Below, in pieces: positions 1 to 12,299 of a stretch of 43,866 bases of DNA; positions within the stretch are counted from its first letter, which is position 1; each line of letters starts with the position of its first letter. The DNA lies in assembly GCF_006345805.1 (NCBI RefSeq), contig NW_021834933.1, forward strand, positions 1 through 43,866, written 5' to 3'. Position numbers and translations under genes: made by a program. Source of the DNA: Octopus sinensis. Taxonomy: Eukaryota. A model generated the notes under the pieces. The model did not search any database. It was not told where the DNA came from and saw only the letters and a program-made list of their open reading frames with translations.

Positions 1-334
1 CAACTGGAATAGATAAATTATAATTACTAATATGTTCCTATTGGGAAATTGTGATTTTAAGGAGGTCGAACTCAGGCAGCTTTATCTACAAGATTCTACT
101 GTCCTCAGTCTCAAGTTTCATGGATTTCGAAGATTAATGAAGAAATTATGTTATTGGCTGAATTTAATTGCTGAGTTACAATAGACAAATGTTATGAAAT
201 TAATCGATGTTTACTGTACATTTTAGAAATAGCTTTTGCAAGATATGAATTTTTTTGCATGCACAAGAGAAGTAAAGTTGATCAAACTTTATTTGTGCCA
301 AATATATGGAATCAAAGAAGCATGAAATTGAAAG

Positions 335-600
335 GAAATTCGGTTTTGTCAAAAATGTCGACTTGAAATGTCGAAATTAGAGTTGACACGTCAATTGTGA
401 CTGAAATGAAAGTCCAATTCAGTAAACCTGCCATTTTTGTGCATGACAAAAAAAAATAAATTTAATCGAAGTGGCCATTACCTCACAAGATGGTTTAAAG
501 CAAGTTGAAGTGGAGAAATTTTACAAATACGGCTTTTTATAAAATAAAAGTAATATTATTCCAATTGTCTTGACATAAGATGGGGTTGTCTCAACGTTAT
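335..600 (+). mobile_element. Degenerate restriction-like endonuclease (RLE) C-terminus of an R2/R4/NeSL-type non-LTR retrotransposon
   Basis: Hand translation gives EIRVDTSIVTEMKVQFSKPAIFVHDKKK..IEVAITSQDGLKQVEVEKFYKY..IIPIVLT*DGVVS, matching the PD..IEV..EK..KY..IIP.V.TWDG RLE pattern; stops and a frameshift are present. Confidence 0.75.
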
Positions 601-839
601 TTTGTTCGATAACTTTTTTATTGTCTTTAGAACTTGTGCAACTCAAAATTTGATTCAATTCGCAGATGTCAGTATTGGGAATTGCGATATCTTTATTCCA
701 CTACAAACTTTGTGAGTATAATTTTTGTGGGGATTAGAACGAATGCATTAATCTCGTCTACATTTATTTGGACACTCTGATGAATCTTGCATCGTTATAA
801 AGCGTCTATAATGTTGAATTAATCACTAATAATACTATG

Positions 840-1576
840 CCAAAGGACAAATACTTCAGTCCATTCACATACAATTGTTTTGTTATTATCTAAAAAAAAT
901 ATTGGTGATTTAATTAATCAATTTGAAGCACGTTTTGGGGTACATTTATATAAATTTAATTTTTAGAATTTTAAAGAATTCCTTCCTTTAATGAAAATAT
1001 TTGCAACTCCATTCAGCGTGGAAATTAAGGATGCGTCTGCAAAATTCAACTATAACTCATTAATTTACAACATGATATAGAACTGGCGGCATTGTTCAAA
1101 AATGCGTCCATTATTAATTTTTACAAATTAATTCCTCAAGACAAATTCAAAAATATAACACACAATGCATATATGAATCTACATATTTATGCGAATCAAT
1201 ATTTAGTAAAATGATTCGAATAAAAAATAAATATCGTAACAAGCTCACGGATAATCACTTGAGTCAGCTTTTACGAACTTCTTCGACTTTACTTATTCCG
1301 ATTTCAAAAACTAAATAAACAAATAATACTTTCTTTTTAGTTACAACGCCTTTTGTAGATTTTTTAGCTTTTATTTCTTTATAAAGGAAATGAAAATTAA
1401 AAAAGAAACAAAAAGAGTAAAAAAACTCATTACGCATCAGCAGTGGCTGCACTTCGGATTGCAAGCGAGTTACTGGCTTGGAAAATATAAAAATATATAA
1501 AATATTTTTTTGCGGCCCGTGAAGCTAATCTTAATTATCGATTTGGCCCTTGAGCTAAAAAGGTTGAGAACCCCTG
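840..1576 (+). mobile_element. 3' part of a Buster/SPIN-type hAT transposon (dimerisation-domain remnant plus right terminus)
   Basis: Translation fragments STYLCESIFSKMIRIKNKYRNKLTDNHL and QFEARF; the element ends in aaaaaggttgagaacccctg (hAT-type terminus) at 1576; no left terminus found. Confidence 0.75.
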
Positions 1577-3106
1577 GTTTAAATGAAAGCTGCCGTCAAT
1601 ATTGATGTTCTATGCAAGAAATAATAACTAATGAATTACTATTTGGATTTATATTTCTGGTTAAATAATCATTTTTTGTTAAATTTTCATTAATGGTTCG
1701 AGTCGGGAAAACATTGACAAGTGATTGGACAAATATTCCAACCTATTTGAGTTATCAATGCATTATTAGAAAACTCCAGCGAATAGAAACACCATATTTT
1801 AATACAAATACAAAATTAATCGAATAGATATTTCAATGAAACAGTTAAAATATTACTATCACAACAATCCATGCAAAACTTGAATACGACTTTCTCCCTC
1901 AACAAGTGTGGACTCATTTTTTAGAAGTTCTAGAAGTGGCTTCAATGTCTATCCAAAGGCCAAGTATTCAAAACTTGATTGATCAACAAAATCTTTCATC
2001 AACAAAATTTGACCCTGCGACAACTGTTGGGCTGATATAATTCAAAAAATGCAATATTTTGTGCATCTTCAATTAATAATCTTCGTATTTTATATACCTC
2101 TATTTTTCGTCATTTCTTGGAGGGTGGGCGCTTAATTTGTAAATAACTCTTTTTGTTGAGATTTATTTCACGTCCAATTTTCTAAAATGAATCTTAGAAG
2201 ATCAATTGAGAGGACGTGAATGAACTTGGCATATCTTTGACCAATGAAAACTCCGTTTACACTAGAATTACGAATTAATACTTGAATTATAAAGAATTCT
2301 ACAGTTCTTTATGTACAGGGAATTGAACTAAATTAAACTGTAAAGTTCAAATCGAATAAAATCTGACATCTTTCTATTATGACATAAATTCAATTAATCG
2401 GATTAGTCTTAACGAGCATACTGCTGAACCTGCAGTAGTCAGAACTGCATGACTTAACTTAAAAAACATCCCTTTCAGGGTGTAAGGCGCCGACCTTAGA
2501 TATCATCTCTATCAGCAAAATTCAAACTAAAACATTTTGTAAAGAAAGACAGGAAGATGGCTATAGTAAAACATCAAGACTTTATTCAACTTTCAATTAT
2601 TTGTGAAATTCAATTTTCTTAGTAATATTTGTATAACATTTTTATATATGATTGATTTCTGATTAATGATTCAAATGTGGGCAGTTAACTAATAAATCAC
2701 GCCAGATGATATTGCAGTAGATAGGGAGCTCAGTAATAATACCAAACTGTTTTAGACTGCTTAAAATAACATATAAGAGCAAAAACATGCAATACATAAC
2801 AACATAAATTATAGAACCATGTGTCGCTTGTATTTTATATTAATAAAGTCAAAAATATTAAAATAAAAAAACATATAATTAAGATATATTTTTAAAACTG
2901 TTCTTGAAACACCTATTTTCATAATATTTCAATGATATGTAGAGCTTGCTTAAAATATTTAAAACGTGTTTTGAATTATCAATTAATGAACTAAGAATTT
3001 TTGAGAAACCATTTCTAAATAGTATTTCTATAAAAAATATAATTTATAAATTTGTTATTAATAAATATTTATTTTTAAATATTTTAAATATCTGTTTTGG
3101 TGTAAA

Positions 3107-3505
3107 ATGTCAGCTACTTTAGAAAGAATAAAAATGATTGATTCAATAGAAAAAAATTTAGTAGAGTCTTTAAAATGTGCCGGTAAATTTTTTATTTAAA
3201 TTAAAGCAAAGCTAATAAATGAAATGTCAAATGAACATGTTAATTATAATTCTTGTGAACAGTACAGCATGGACTTTTATAATCTCATTAATCATATTCA
3301 AGTTACTCTTAAAGAACAAATTGACTACATCAGTCAATTTTGTACAGGTTTTGTTTAGTTATCTATTTATTATATAGAAAGCGGATTTACATCTAATTTA
3401 AATGAATATGACATTAAACGACGAATTAGAATTTCCTGGATCAAAAAATTGGATCAAAGATTTGAAGATATTAATAAAAATATCATAAATTATATGGAAT
3501 CTTAA
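3107..3505 (+). CDS. MED11: Mediator subunit 11; 3 exons (3107-3182, 3207-3347, 3378-3505), 114 aa
   Basis: GT-AG introns of 24 and 30 nt give an open frame: MSATLERIKMIDSIEKNLVESLKCAAKLINEMSNE...QVTLKEQIDYISQFCTESGF...MES*. Length and the ERL..L..IE / L..QI.Y..Q..T pattern fit MED11 from memory. Confidence 0.8.
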
Positions 3506-3519
3506 TTTAATAATTTTAC

Positions 3520-4358
3520 TTGAGTTTATTTGTTTTTATGGCTGACTTATTGCATGGAAGAGTGGTGGATAACCGTTATGTAGGGACTAAGGGTTCATAT
3601 ATCTCAAAATCGATAGTTAGGAACCTACAGGTCGCAATATTGCTTTTAATAATAATAAATTTAATTTAAAGTCAAATCAAATGGGTGTCTTATATCTGTT
3701 TCATATTTAGGAATATATGGAGTAAACTGTCCATAGAAAGACAGCGAATTGTGTATAATTTGATACTCATATTATCGATATTCTATACGTCCAAAATAAC
3801 TATTATATGCTGAATTTACAACAAATGAACAATGTTTGAGATCCAATTCATTTTAACAAAATTAATGTTTTATCTTGTCAACTTATTTTACAATAAGTAG
3901 TTTTTGAATTCATTAGATTGGTGAATAAGTTCTTTTTGTTTTTTTTTAAATAAGGAGAACTTTGAATGCTTTAGATTCATCAAATATGTCACGAGCCCAG
4001 TACGTTACCGAGCCAAAGTGGTTTGAAAAAAATTCAAAAAAATATTCGAATTTTATTTTAAAATCGATTTTGTCAAAATATAAATATTATAAAATGCCAA
4101 ATATCTCAGCAGGGAATTTGATGTTAATATATTCGATGATAAAATTAATAGCAACTAGACTGCATTAAAAACGACTATACTTAACTAAAAATAATTTTAT
4201 AAAAGACAGGTAGGATTTTTGTATTTTTGTTATCGTTAGTCAAATCTAAATTGTTAACAAATGGCATTCAAATTAATATTCCACAAGTAATTGACATTTC
4301 TTTAACTATAAGCAAAATGATTATTAAAGAAAGTGTGTATTTTCTACATAAAAAACAT
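3520..4358 (-). pseudogene. Possible decayed intron-containing gene for an unknown secreted or membrane protein
   Basis: Hydrophobic leader (KYTLSLIIILLIVKEMSITCG) with the ATG one base out of frame at a T run; protein-like blocks (NHFGSVTYWARDIFDESKAFK; SLSFYGQFTPYIPKYETDIRHPF) separated by short GT..AG segments; several stops. Confidence 0.3.
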
Positions 4359-4599
4359 TTTTATATGTTGAAAAGATATCAAAATTGTAAAACAGATTTT
4401 ACAGTTTTCTGCTTTTGTAATTTTATGTTAAATCGTCTGATAACAATTTTTAAAAAATTAAATTCTATTTGACTTTAATTAATAATTGCGGTCAAAATAT
4501 TAACTCCGTTAAAATAATAGAACTGTATGTTGCAACTATAGATTCAGTTTAAATTTATATATTTTTAATCAATTATTGTTATAAAATTAAATTTTAATT

Positions 4600-4745
4600 C
4601 ATCCACTTTAATTCTTTGGTTGAGAGGACGAGCGTATAGACAGGCAGTTTCCGCGCAATATCGCGGGCGAAATGCGCTGAAAAAGCCAGCTAGATTCACG
4701 TCTCTTGTGACTCTTCTTCGAGATCATCAAACCGATCTCCGAAAT
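4600..4745 (-). mobile_element. CRE-clade non-LTR retrotransposon 3' end
   Basis: The reverse strand reads EIGLMISKKSHKRRESSWLFQRISPAILRGNCLSIRSS, the conserved L.QR.S.AI.RGN C-terminus of CRE RLE proteins. Confidence 0.8.
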
Positions 4746-6719
4746 TTATATTCTGTTCAAACTTCCAATTTTTATCATAAAAATAAGTATTAATTTAAAT
4801 AATAAAAATAAATATTTAATGTGCTTCTTGATACTGGTTTTTTCAATTTTCCAATTACTAATTCTTACTTCTTTGGTTTCTTTTTATTTGGACTTTTATT
4901 AATATTATTTTATGAATTGATGATTTAATATATTTTTATTTTTAAACAAGTTTTTTTATTTTAATAGAAATTTTTATTTTTAAACAAGTTTTTTTATTTT
5001 AACAGAAATTTTTCCTTTGAAGTAAATTCAAGATATTTTTCCAAATTTTATTAGTTTAAGATTCATAAAATCATAGGGGTGGACAATAAGCTATTAATCC
5101 ATAATGTATTTATTCATCAAATCAGAGAGTAAACTAACCCATTTATTATTTATTCTGACTTTATTAATAAGCCTGATATCAAGAAACAAACCGGCATTTT
5201 AGACGACTCCTAGAGATCTATAAAAAACGCTAATTAAAAAAATTCACAAATCAACTATTTTATTTGCTTATTATGTACTAAAAATTCCAAATAACCTAAC
5301 AATTATACGTCTTTAAAAATTTTTATTGATGGAAATCTAAAAATTATGTTTTATTAATTTATGATTTAAAACTTTTTGCTGTGGAGTAGGAAACGTGAAA
5401 AATGTAGAATGTGAATATTTACTTTAGACTAGCTGGATTAGAGAATCATTTTGAGATATCAGAAAAAAACTTTTATTTATTAAGGTATAGTGCTCCATTA
5501 GAGGATGAACTAAATAGCCATCGTTATTTGGAAGTTTTAGAAGGCGGATGCAGTAAAGAATTTAAATTGGATTTATTTCAATATAATCTACTAATTTAAG
5601 TTTTTTTTAGCTTGCCATCGACTTATCATTATATAAGTTCACAAATTTTCTTATTTGCGATATCTTATAAATAGTATTAAGTTAGCCAATTTTTGTTTAA
5701 TTTATAAATAATTGTGATTTATTTACGGACTTGATATTAGTGTCCAGTGACTGGTCCAAAATGCTCGAGAGGTCAAATATTTGTACATCCAGGATTAAAA
5801 AATATTGTTTTCATTACGCCTCGAAATATACGTGCAAAGTAATATATATTAACAAAAAACAGTTTAATAAATATATCAATTTAATGTCTAACCAATGAGT
5901 TATTCACAATAAGAGAAATGTTACATTTCCTAATGGAGAAATATTCTCCCATCTAGAAAATTTGAAAAACTTGTAATCAATATTTTATTAATACTAGTAA
6001 GTGTGTTGGAGACTCGCTAAAGAAAATACTAAACAACTCATTTGATAGGTTGGATAAATTATACTATATGTATATTTAAATATTTCGAATTATTAGAAAT
6101 CCGTATTACTGTGATAATCTTCGTTACGTGAATGTAGATAGTTTTGCACGTCTATCCGCATTATCACAACTGTACAAATCTTATTCTAACATTAAAGTCA
6201 CATGCCATCAAAAACCATCTTTCAGTCGCCAAAAATCAGTCGTCCTGTCAGGCTTTAGTATTTTAAATTACTGACTGTGTAGTTTTTATAAAGACCAGAA
6301 AATGTGCATGTTCACAAACGGGTCCCAACCCACACTGTATACTTTGTTATTTTCATATAAGAATTACGACAGTGATTAATGTAACAAAAATCTTATTAGC
6401 CGACAACAGTGTGGAAATAAAATTAGATCAAAATCAAAAGACAACACTAACTATGAAAGAAGAATTTGGTGTGTTTTTATACTCACATTAGATTGCAACT
6501 TCTATGACCACCCGATCACAAATAATATGATCTGCACAAGTGAATTTAACAGAAAAATATTCTAACGGTATTCATTAACTAACCTAATTATTTATTCTGA
6601 TATTTCTTGTTTCCACTTTTCTTTATTGTTACATGCACTAGTCAGAATTAAAGGCAAACTTGCACAAGTGATGCAATTGCTATTAACTTCATTTAAGTAG
6701 TATTGTTTAAACACATTTT

Positions 6720-6840
6720 TGGAAAGGGTCACCGGCGACCATCCGAGTACCGGTATCCTGCCAAAAGACTACGGCCGCGAGGAGGATGATGAGTGTTGCC
6801 GTTGACCTGACCATTAGCCTTTTGACTACTTTCCTGGCAA
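6720..6840 (+). mobile_element. GC-rich island, possibly a very degenerate CRE 3' end
   Basis: ERVTGDHPSTGIL resembles the TGDPR.T..L motif, but the downstream QR..AI.RGN motif is barely recognisable. Confidence 0.3.
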
Positions 6841-7544
6841 TCATCTAATTTTGTTTTTGTCTTTCACTCAAATTTGAATATCACTTATTAACTAACCTAA
6901 TTATTTATTTTAATATTGTCAAAGATTCATGATCTCTAAATGATGTTGGTTTTTGTGGTTAGACGGCAATGACTGTGATTCTACTTAGCACTTTGGTATT
7001 CCCGATTGTTTTCCATTTGAAAACTGACACAATTGATATTTTTAATTATGACGGACTTTCCTGTGGCAGTCTATGCTGTCCAATTTAATTGTCACCGACT
7101 TATTTAAAAATATATAATCCAATAAATAGAAATTAATTCAATTTGAAATACGTCTAATGTAGTCTTGCACAGCATTAATTGCAAATTTTCTTATATTACG
7201 GCAAATCTTTGACTTACAAACTAAACATCTATGAGACCCATTAAATGTGCAATATTGCATTGGAACCCGATTTTCTTCTTTTTTGCAGCTTCCTTTTCGG
7301 CTATTCTTTGCCTTTCCATTTGGAGTATTTTTTCTTCTTCGTTGATTATGTAATTGAGGGGGTTTTTTGGTGGTATATTTGGTCTCTCTGTTGCTTCGAT
7401 TTATTAATTTATTTATATATTTAATTTTAAATAAAATTTTAATTCATATTTAATTAAAATAAATTAATTATTCTAAAAAAAGTTTATTCAATTTTCATTA
7501 CTTGAAATTTTTTTATTATACAATTATTATTTAAATATTAGTTA

Positions 7545-7950
7545 AATTAAATTGTTATTAGAACTAATTCCACAACAGTCGAGACACACATCTGCCATAT
7601 CCCCCAATTCATTAATAATATTGTCCGAGATCACCCCAGGACTGTCACCCTCCCCAACTAGTACCCCACAATCTGCCCCATTTTTGAGAGAAAAATCAAT
7701 CCTTTCTTGGAGAATGTCTGTAGGCTTGTTACTGAAAGTACCCTACCTGTCACACAAATTCTCAAGACTCCACTAGCCTTAAGAACCATCAAACACAAGC
7801 TTCCAACCGCCCCTGGATGTGTTGTTATAATATTAAGAAACCTGTTCCGTCAATTACTACTTTTTTTCCTAATAAATTTCCTGCTCTTTTGCATATTCCT
7901 ACTGCGACGGAAAGAGGTTGGACCATTGCTGCTTCATCGAAAGACATAGA
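7545..7950 (+). mobile_element. Degenerate LINE (Jockey/I-like) fragment at the start of the RT domain
   Basis: IKHKLPTAPG..IILRNL..LINFLLFCIF resembles the K.APG.D.I...LK.L...L.N.....P..WK region; GC-richer than its flanks. Confidence 0.5.
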
Positions 7951-8451
7951 GTCAGGAATTCTTGTTTTTTGAGTTATTTTTTGATGTACTTATAACAGGA
8001 GGTCGCCTGCTGTATGTGAAACTCGGTTATGGCTCCGTGAGTGTCGTGTGCACTCAAATATGCAAAATTAGAACACATATTTCCCTTTCCTTGTTTACAA
8101 AATTGACATTTTTTGCACGTTTCTAATGGCTCGATAGAAACTCGGTCACCAAAAAATCTATTGTCACAACCGCGGTTAAAACCGAATTAATTAATCCGTG
8201 ATTTCGATGCACTTCGCGAGCGACCTCATCCTTGTTCAGTAATCTTCATATGAAGCAAAACAAGACCGCAGCGGACGACTAGTCGGTTTGCAGCACTTCT
8301 ATAGGCTGGTGAATTTCGTCCGGAAAAATTTGTTTCCACGGTAAGTGCATCGTGCTGCGGCGAAGATGTCCCAGGGGTAAAAGTTCTAATGGTCTTTTAA
8401 AGTTTTTTTCATAAATGATGCATTTTAAACAAAATAAGCACCAATAGAAAG

Positions 8452-8585
8452 TTATGTGCCAGCTGCAAGGACGCAGTACGCGTTGCAACGAACGATGGCC
8501 AGACCGATGCCAGAGGCCCTCTCTCGGATCCTTAAGCCTCCTCCCGATGGACTGCCCGTTGAGGAATGAGTCATAAAGTATTTCT
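8452..8585 (-). mobile_element. CRE-clade 3' end fragment
   Basis: The reverse strand reads IGRRLKDPREGLW, then after a frameshift IGLAIVRCNAYCVLAAGT*. Confidence 0.7.
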
Positions 8586-8706
8586 TAATTTTAGAAACGT
8601 ATCATCGTTTTTTAATATTATTTTTATAGATTTTTAATAAAATTATAAAAATTATTTGAAATGAAGAAGCCGAATGGTTAGTGGATTAACGAATCGAAAG
8701 ATCAAT

Positions 8707-9537
8707 TTAAAGCAAGTTATTATCGCAATCAATGAGCAAGCACAGGTCTTCCCCATTTTGTAGTTTATTTCGAGAAAAAGTAGGAAAATAATCATGTGTT
8801 TCAAAATTAGCTAAATCGTACTAGCGATATTTTTAAAAATAAATTTACTTTATAATTTTTAAGTTTCAATATTGCATTCGGATCGGTATTTTTAAGCATA
8901 TATATCGCAATAATGTGAGAAGTCGGTTGTAAACACTAATTTATAACAACTAGTCGGGATCCAGACATTAGAATTAATTTTCTAAAATATGATTAAATAA
9001 TATTAAATTACCAGTATTGGATTTTGTAGATCGAAATATGAACCAGTAATCACATACAGTTCTTTATTATTGCTAGTACATGATCCCTAATAATTTTTTT
9101 CTAATGTTTTCCATTGTTTCCTATTAAATCTTGGCACCTGGGACATCATATTTGAATAATAGAAGGTATCACACATTGCTTCTAATCAAAAATCAGACAT
9201 TTTAATTAACTTAATAAATTTAAAATCAGCAGCAGAGGCTGCATGTCCTCTGTCATATCCTGAATGATCATAATCTACATTTTTTGATTGAAACTGAGGT
9301 GGAACGTTTTCATCCACTTTAAAATTGCATTTTAATCATTTAGCAGGACCTCAAAATGATTTAATTATATTAATCCAGTAGCATGTTGTGGTTTTAATTT
9401 ATAAACCGTCCAAATTCGCACTTTTGCAACATGGCTGTACCCTATTTAAAAAAATCCTTACCTAATCTCTGAATTTGATAGTCAAAATTTTGTGAAGAAA
9501 AGAGACACAGGTATTTTGCAAAAAGAATAAGAATCAT
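8707..9537 (-). pseudogene. DNA/RNA non-specific endonuclease (EndoG/Nuc1/NucA family) with a signal-peptide-like N-terminus; 5 micro-introns; disrupted
   Basis: Spliced translation contains DYDHSGYDRGHAASAADF (catalytic DRGH), TFYYSNMMSQVPRFNRKQWKTLE, LYVITGSYF, VWIPTSCYK and a C-terminal DLC..IDC. Introns are 20, 26, 29, 30 and 28 nt. Lesions: one GA donor, an in-frame TGA, an in-frame TAG and two frameshifts. Confidence 0.85.
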
Positions 9538-9749
9538 TTTGATCTAAATAACTGTAATTTTATTTGATTTAAATTAAATATGGTTATCCAATTCAAAATA
9601 AGTACAAATTAGAAATAAAACTAAATTATACATTTCTTTATCAATATCGACGAATTAGTAAATTTAAATAATTAAAAAATACAAAAAATATATAAAAGTG
9701 CAAAAATAAATAAATACATTTAAAATTTAACGAATAGACGAATAGACGT

Positions 9750-11575
9750 TCATCTACCCAGAAAAAAATCAAAATGTTGAACAAGACAAACTTCACTAAC
9801 AAACTCGACTTAATAGCTGCAGGAATTGAACAGCTAAAGGACTCTTCAAAATGTTTACGGCAATCCGCCTACTCAACAGGAAAAAACAAAACTAACAAAC
9901 TCAAAATCCATGACAGCAATGGAAGATTCATCACAAATCCCAAAGAGCAGGCTGAATATATAGCCTCGTATTTCGAGAGTATATTAACCGCTCACGGAGA
10001 AATATCCGATTACACCAGCGGAACACCACTCATCTCAGCCTACCTATCACCACCGGTGTGAAGTATCAACTGCAATAGCCAAACTTAAAAATGGCCGCTC
10101 CTCTGGACCGGATGGAATAAATTCAGAACTGTTTAAATACGGACCGCCTGCACTAACAGACAAACTGGCGGAGCTACTCAATGGTATGTTTATGAAAAAG
10201 GAATTCCTCGGTCTTGATTCCGGATTATTAATACCGATCCAAAAGCCTAACAAGCAGGCTGGGCCTGTCGAAAATCTACGCCCTATAATCTTGCTAAACA
10301 CCTTACGGAAACTTTTGGGATTAGTTACACTGAACCGAATAAGAGAACAAGTGGACAACTATCTATCCCGAGTCATAGTGGATTTAGGACAGGAAGATCC
10401 ACCGCCGATGCTGTCTGGGCCACAAGTGGTACTGCGATCACCCAGAGATACAAAAGTGCAACAACAGTCCTGGGAATAGACCTGTCTAGGGCCTTTGACA
10501 CGGTACGCCGTGGTCTACTCCTCAAAATACTGGAACAATTCCTGGACCCTGACTCTGTCAATATGATAAGAGTACTATATCGAACACAAAGCTCAAGGTG
10601 CGGGTCGGCACGGCGTTTTCCGTGAATTCACGTGCAACGTCGGTACCCCTCAGGGAGACGCCCTCTCGCCGTTGCTATTCGTGATCTATCTGGAGACGGC
10701 ACTACGAGACCTTCGAAAATTCTATGCTGGCAATATCGTCGAAATTGTATGCAGATGACGTCGACTTCGTGTCAGACGACAAATCGGCCTTACTTCGACT
10801 CCTTGAAGTGGCACCTGCTGAGCTGAACAGATGGTTCCTTAAAATGAACGTTGGAAAAAACGACATCGTTGAAATCATGAGGATGGAGAGCAGCTCAAGT
10901 GAAGCCTGGCGCAAAACGAACAAACTCGGTTCTCTACTTGGGGACGGCCATGATATTGTCAGAAGAAAGGCTCTCGCTTGGGGGCCACGATGAACAAGAT
11001 AAAGAAAGAGTGGATCGGCAAACGACGACTCTGTACGTCACTTCGTCTGAGGATGTATGAAGCCTTTGTCAAACCAATCCTGACATATAATTCGGCGACC
11101 TGGGAATGTCTAGTACTGAACAACGTGGACTCGATTCTTTTCACCGCAGGCAACTTAGATCCCTACTGGGATTGAACTGGCCTATAAGAATCAACCAGGA
11201 ATCGCTATACAATAGATGCAGAACTGGCCCTCTGAGTGTGGAAATCGTCAATATGCGGTGGAGGCTATTTGGCCATATTCTACGAATGGACATGCTTGCC
11301 CCAGCTAACATAGCAATGGAGGGCTACTTCCTGAAAGAGGGATCGAGCTTCCGTGGACGTCCACGTGTTACGCTGCCGGAAACACTTGACGGAGACCTGA
11401 AATGTGTGTGAAGAAAAGGCTAAGGAGTGGTGAGGATCTGGACGAGCTGAGGAAACTCGCTCACGACAGAGGAGGTTGGAGGAGGCTGGTTCAAAGGATT
11501 GTTTTTAATGCTGCACGAGTAAAATTATAACTAATATGATTCTACGTATGTTGCAAATAATAATAATAATAATTT
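9750..11575 (+). mobile_element. 5'-truncated RTE-clade non-LTR retrotransposon (RT domain and C-terminus)
   Basis: Motifs SGPDGINSELFK, NLRPIILLN, GIDLSRAFDTV, PQGDALSPLLF, YADD and WRLFGHILRM..RGRPR lie across frameshifts; (TAA)n 3' tail; tttaaaatttaa and aatagacg occur on both flanks (imperfect TSD). Confidence 0.9.
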
Positions 11576-11582
11576 AAAATTT

Positions 11583-11625
11583 AAATAGACGCCCCACTGC
11601 GTATTGAATGGCAGTTTCCGCACAT
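11583..11625 (-). mobile_element. Extreme 3' tip of a CRE ORF
   Basis: The reverse strand reads GNCHSIRSGASI*, matching the RGNC.SI end of the other CRE tails. Confidence 0.5.
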
Positions 11626-11829
11626 TTAAATAATTCATTTTCATAACAAAAAAGTGAATTTTTAATTAATTTCTGAAATTTACCATAAAAGATAATTCTC
11701 ATGCTGTAGCTATTATTGACGTTCTAACAAATTTCATGAGGTGATGACAAGGAGGAGGAATGGTGTATATCGTATTTAGAAAGTTTGCGCAGTTTTAGGA
11801 ATCATTTTGTTCAGACACATAATAACATA

Positions 11830-12093
11830 ATATTGAGACTAGCTTAACTAATTTCTAAGAAGAAACATTCAAATGGCATATATTTAGAGGGTAGCAATCA
11901 ACCGTGGATGATCTTTATCTTGTTCTCATAATTTCGAATAAGATTCTTACTTGGCTGGGAAGAGGATTTTATTTATAATTGGGAAACTGATAGGAAAGAA
12001 CCGGGAACCAGCTGGCCGTACCAGAGAATATTTATAGCAATCTTGCGAGGTAACTCGTTTGCTATTCGCGGTGCAGTCACTGGGGAATCCTGA
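11830..12093 (+). mobile_element. CRE-clade 3' end fragment
   Basis: Reads DRKEPGTSWPYQRIFIAILRGNSFAIRGAVTGES*. Confidence 0.75.
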
Positions 12094-12299
12094 TTGTTTT
12101 CCCTTCTTATTATGATAAAGTGTTTGTTAACAAGATTAAAGCTTTCATTTGTCTGACTTTATGCGTCGACAGAGTCGGCGCGTGTTCATTTTAGTGAAGA
12201 GTTTTTCTATGCTGGGTAGAAAGATAGGCACGGGTGAAATTTGATATAATTTCAGGGCTAAATAGAATTGTCGGACAAATCAAATTAATAATCCAAATT

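Noticed and set aside
4620-4745. Structured ncRNA (U3/U4-like), suggested by GC-rich similarity to 31825-31955
   Set aside because: Both copies translate on the minus strand to the CRE C-terminus, and their differences are largely synonymous; the snRNA/snoRNA box order is not satisfied.
5411-5599. 62-aa ORF as a real gene
   Set aside because: It has no recognisable motif, starts at a GTG, and no consistent exon chain could be built.
6785-6812. C/D-box snoRNA (ATGATGA...CTGA)
   Set aside because: Only 14 nt separate the boxes, which is too short, and there is no supporting context.
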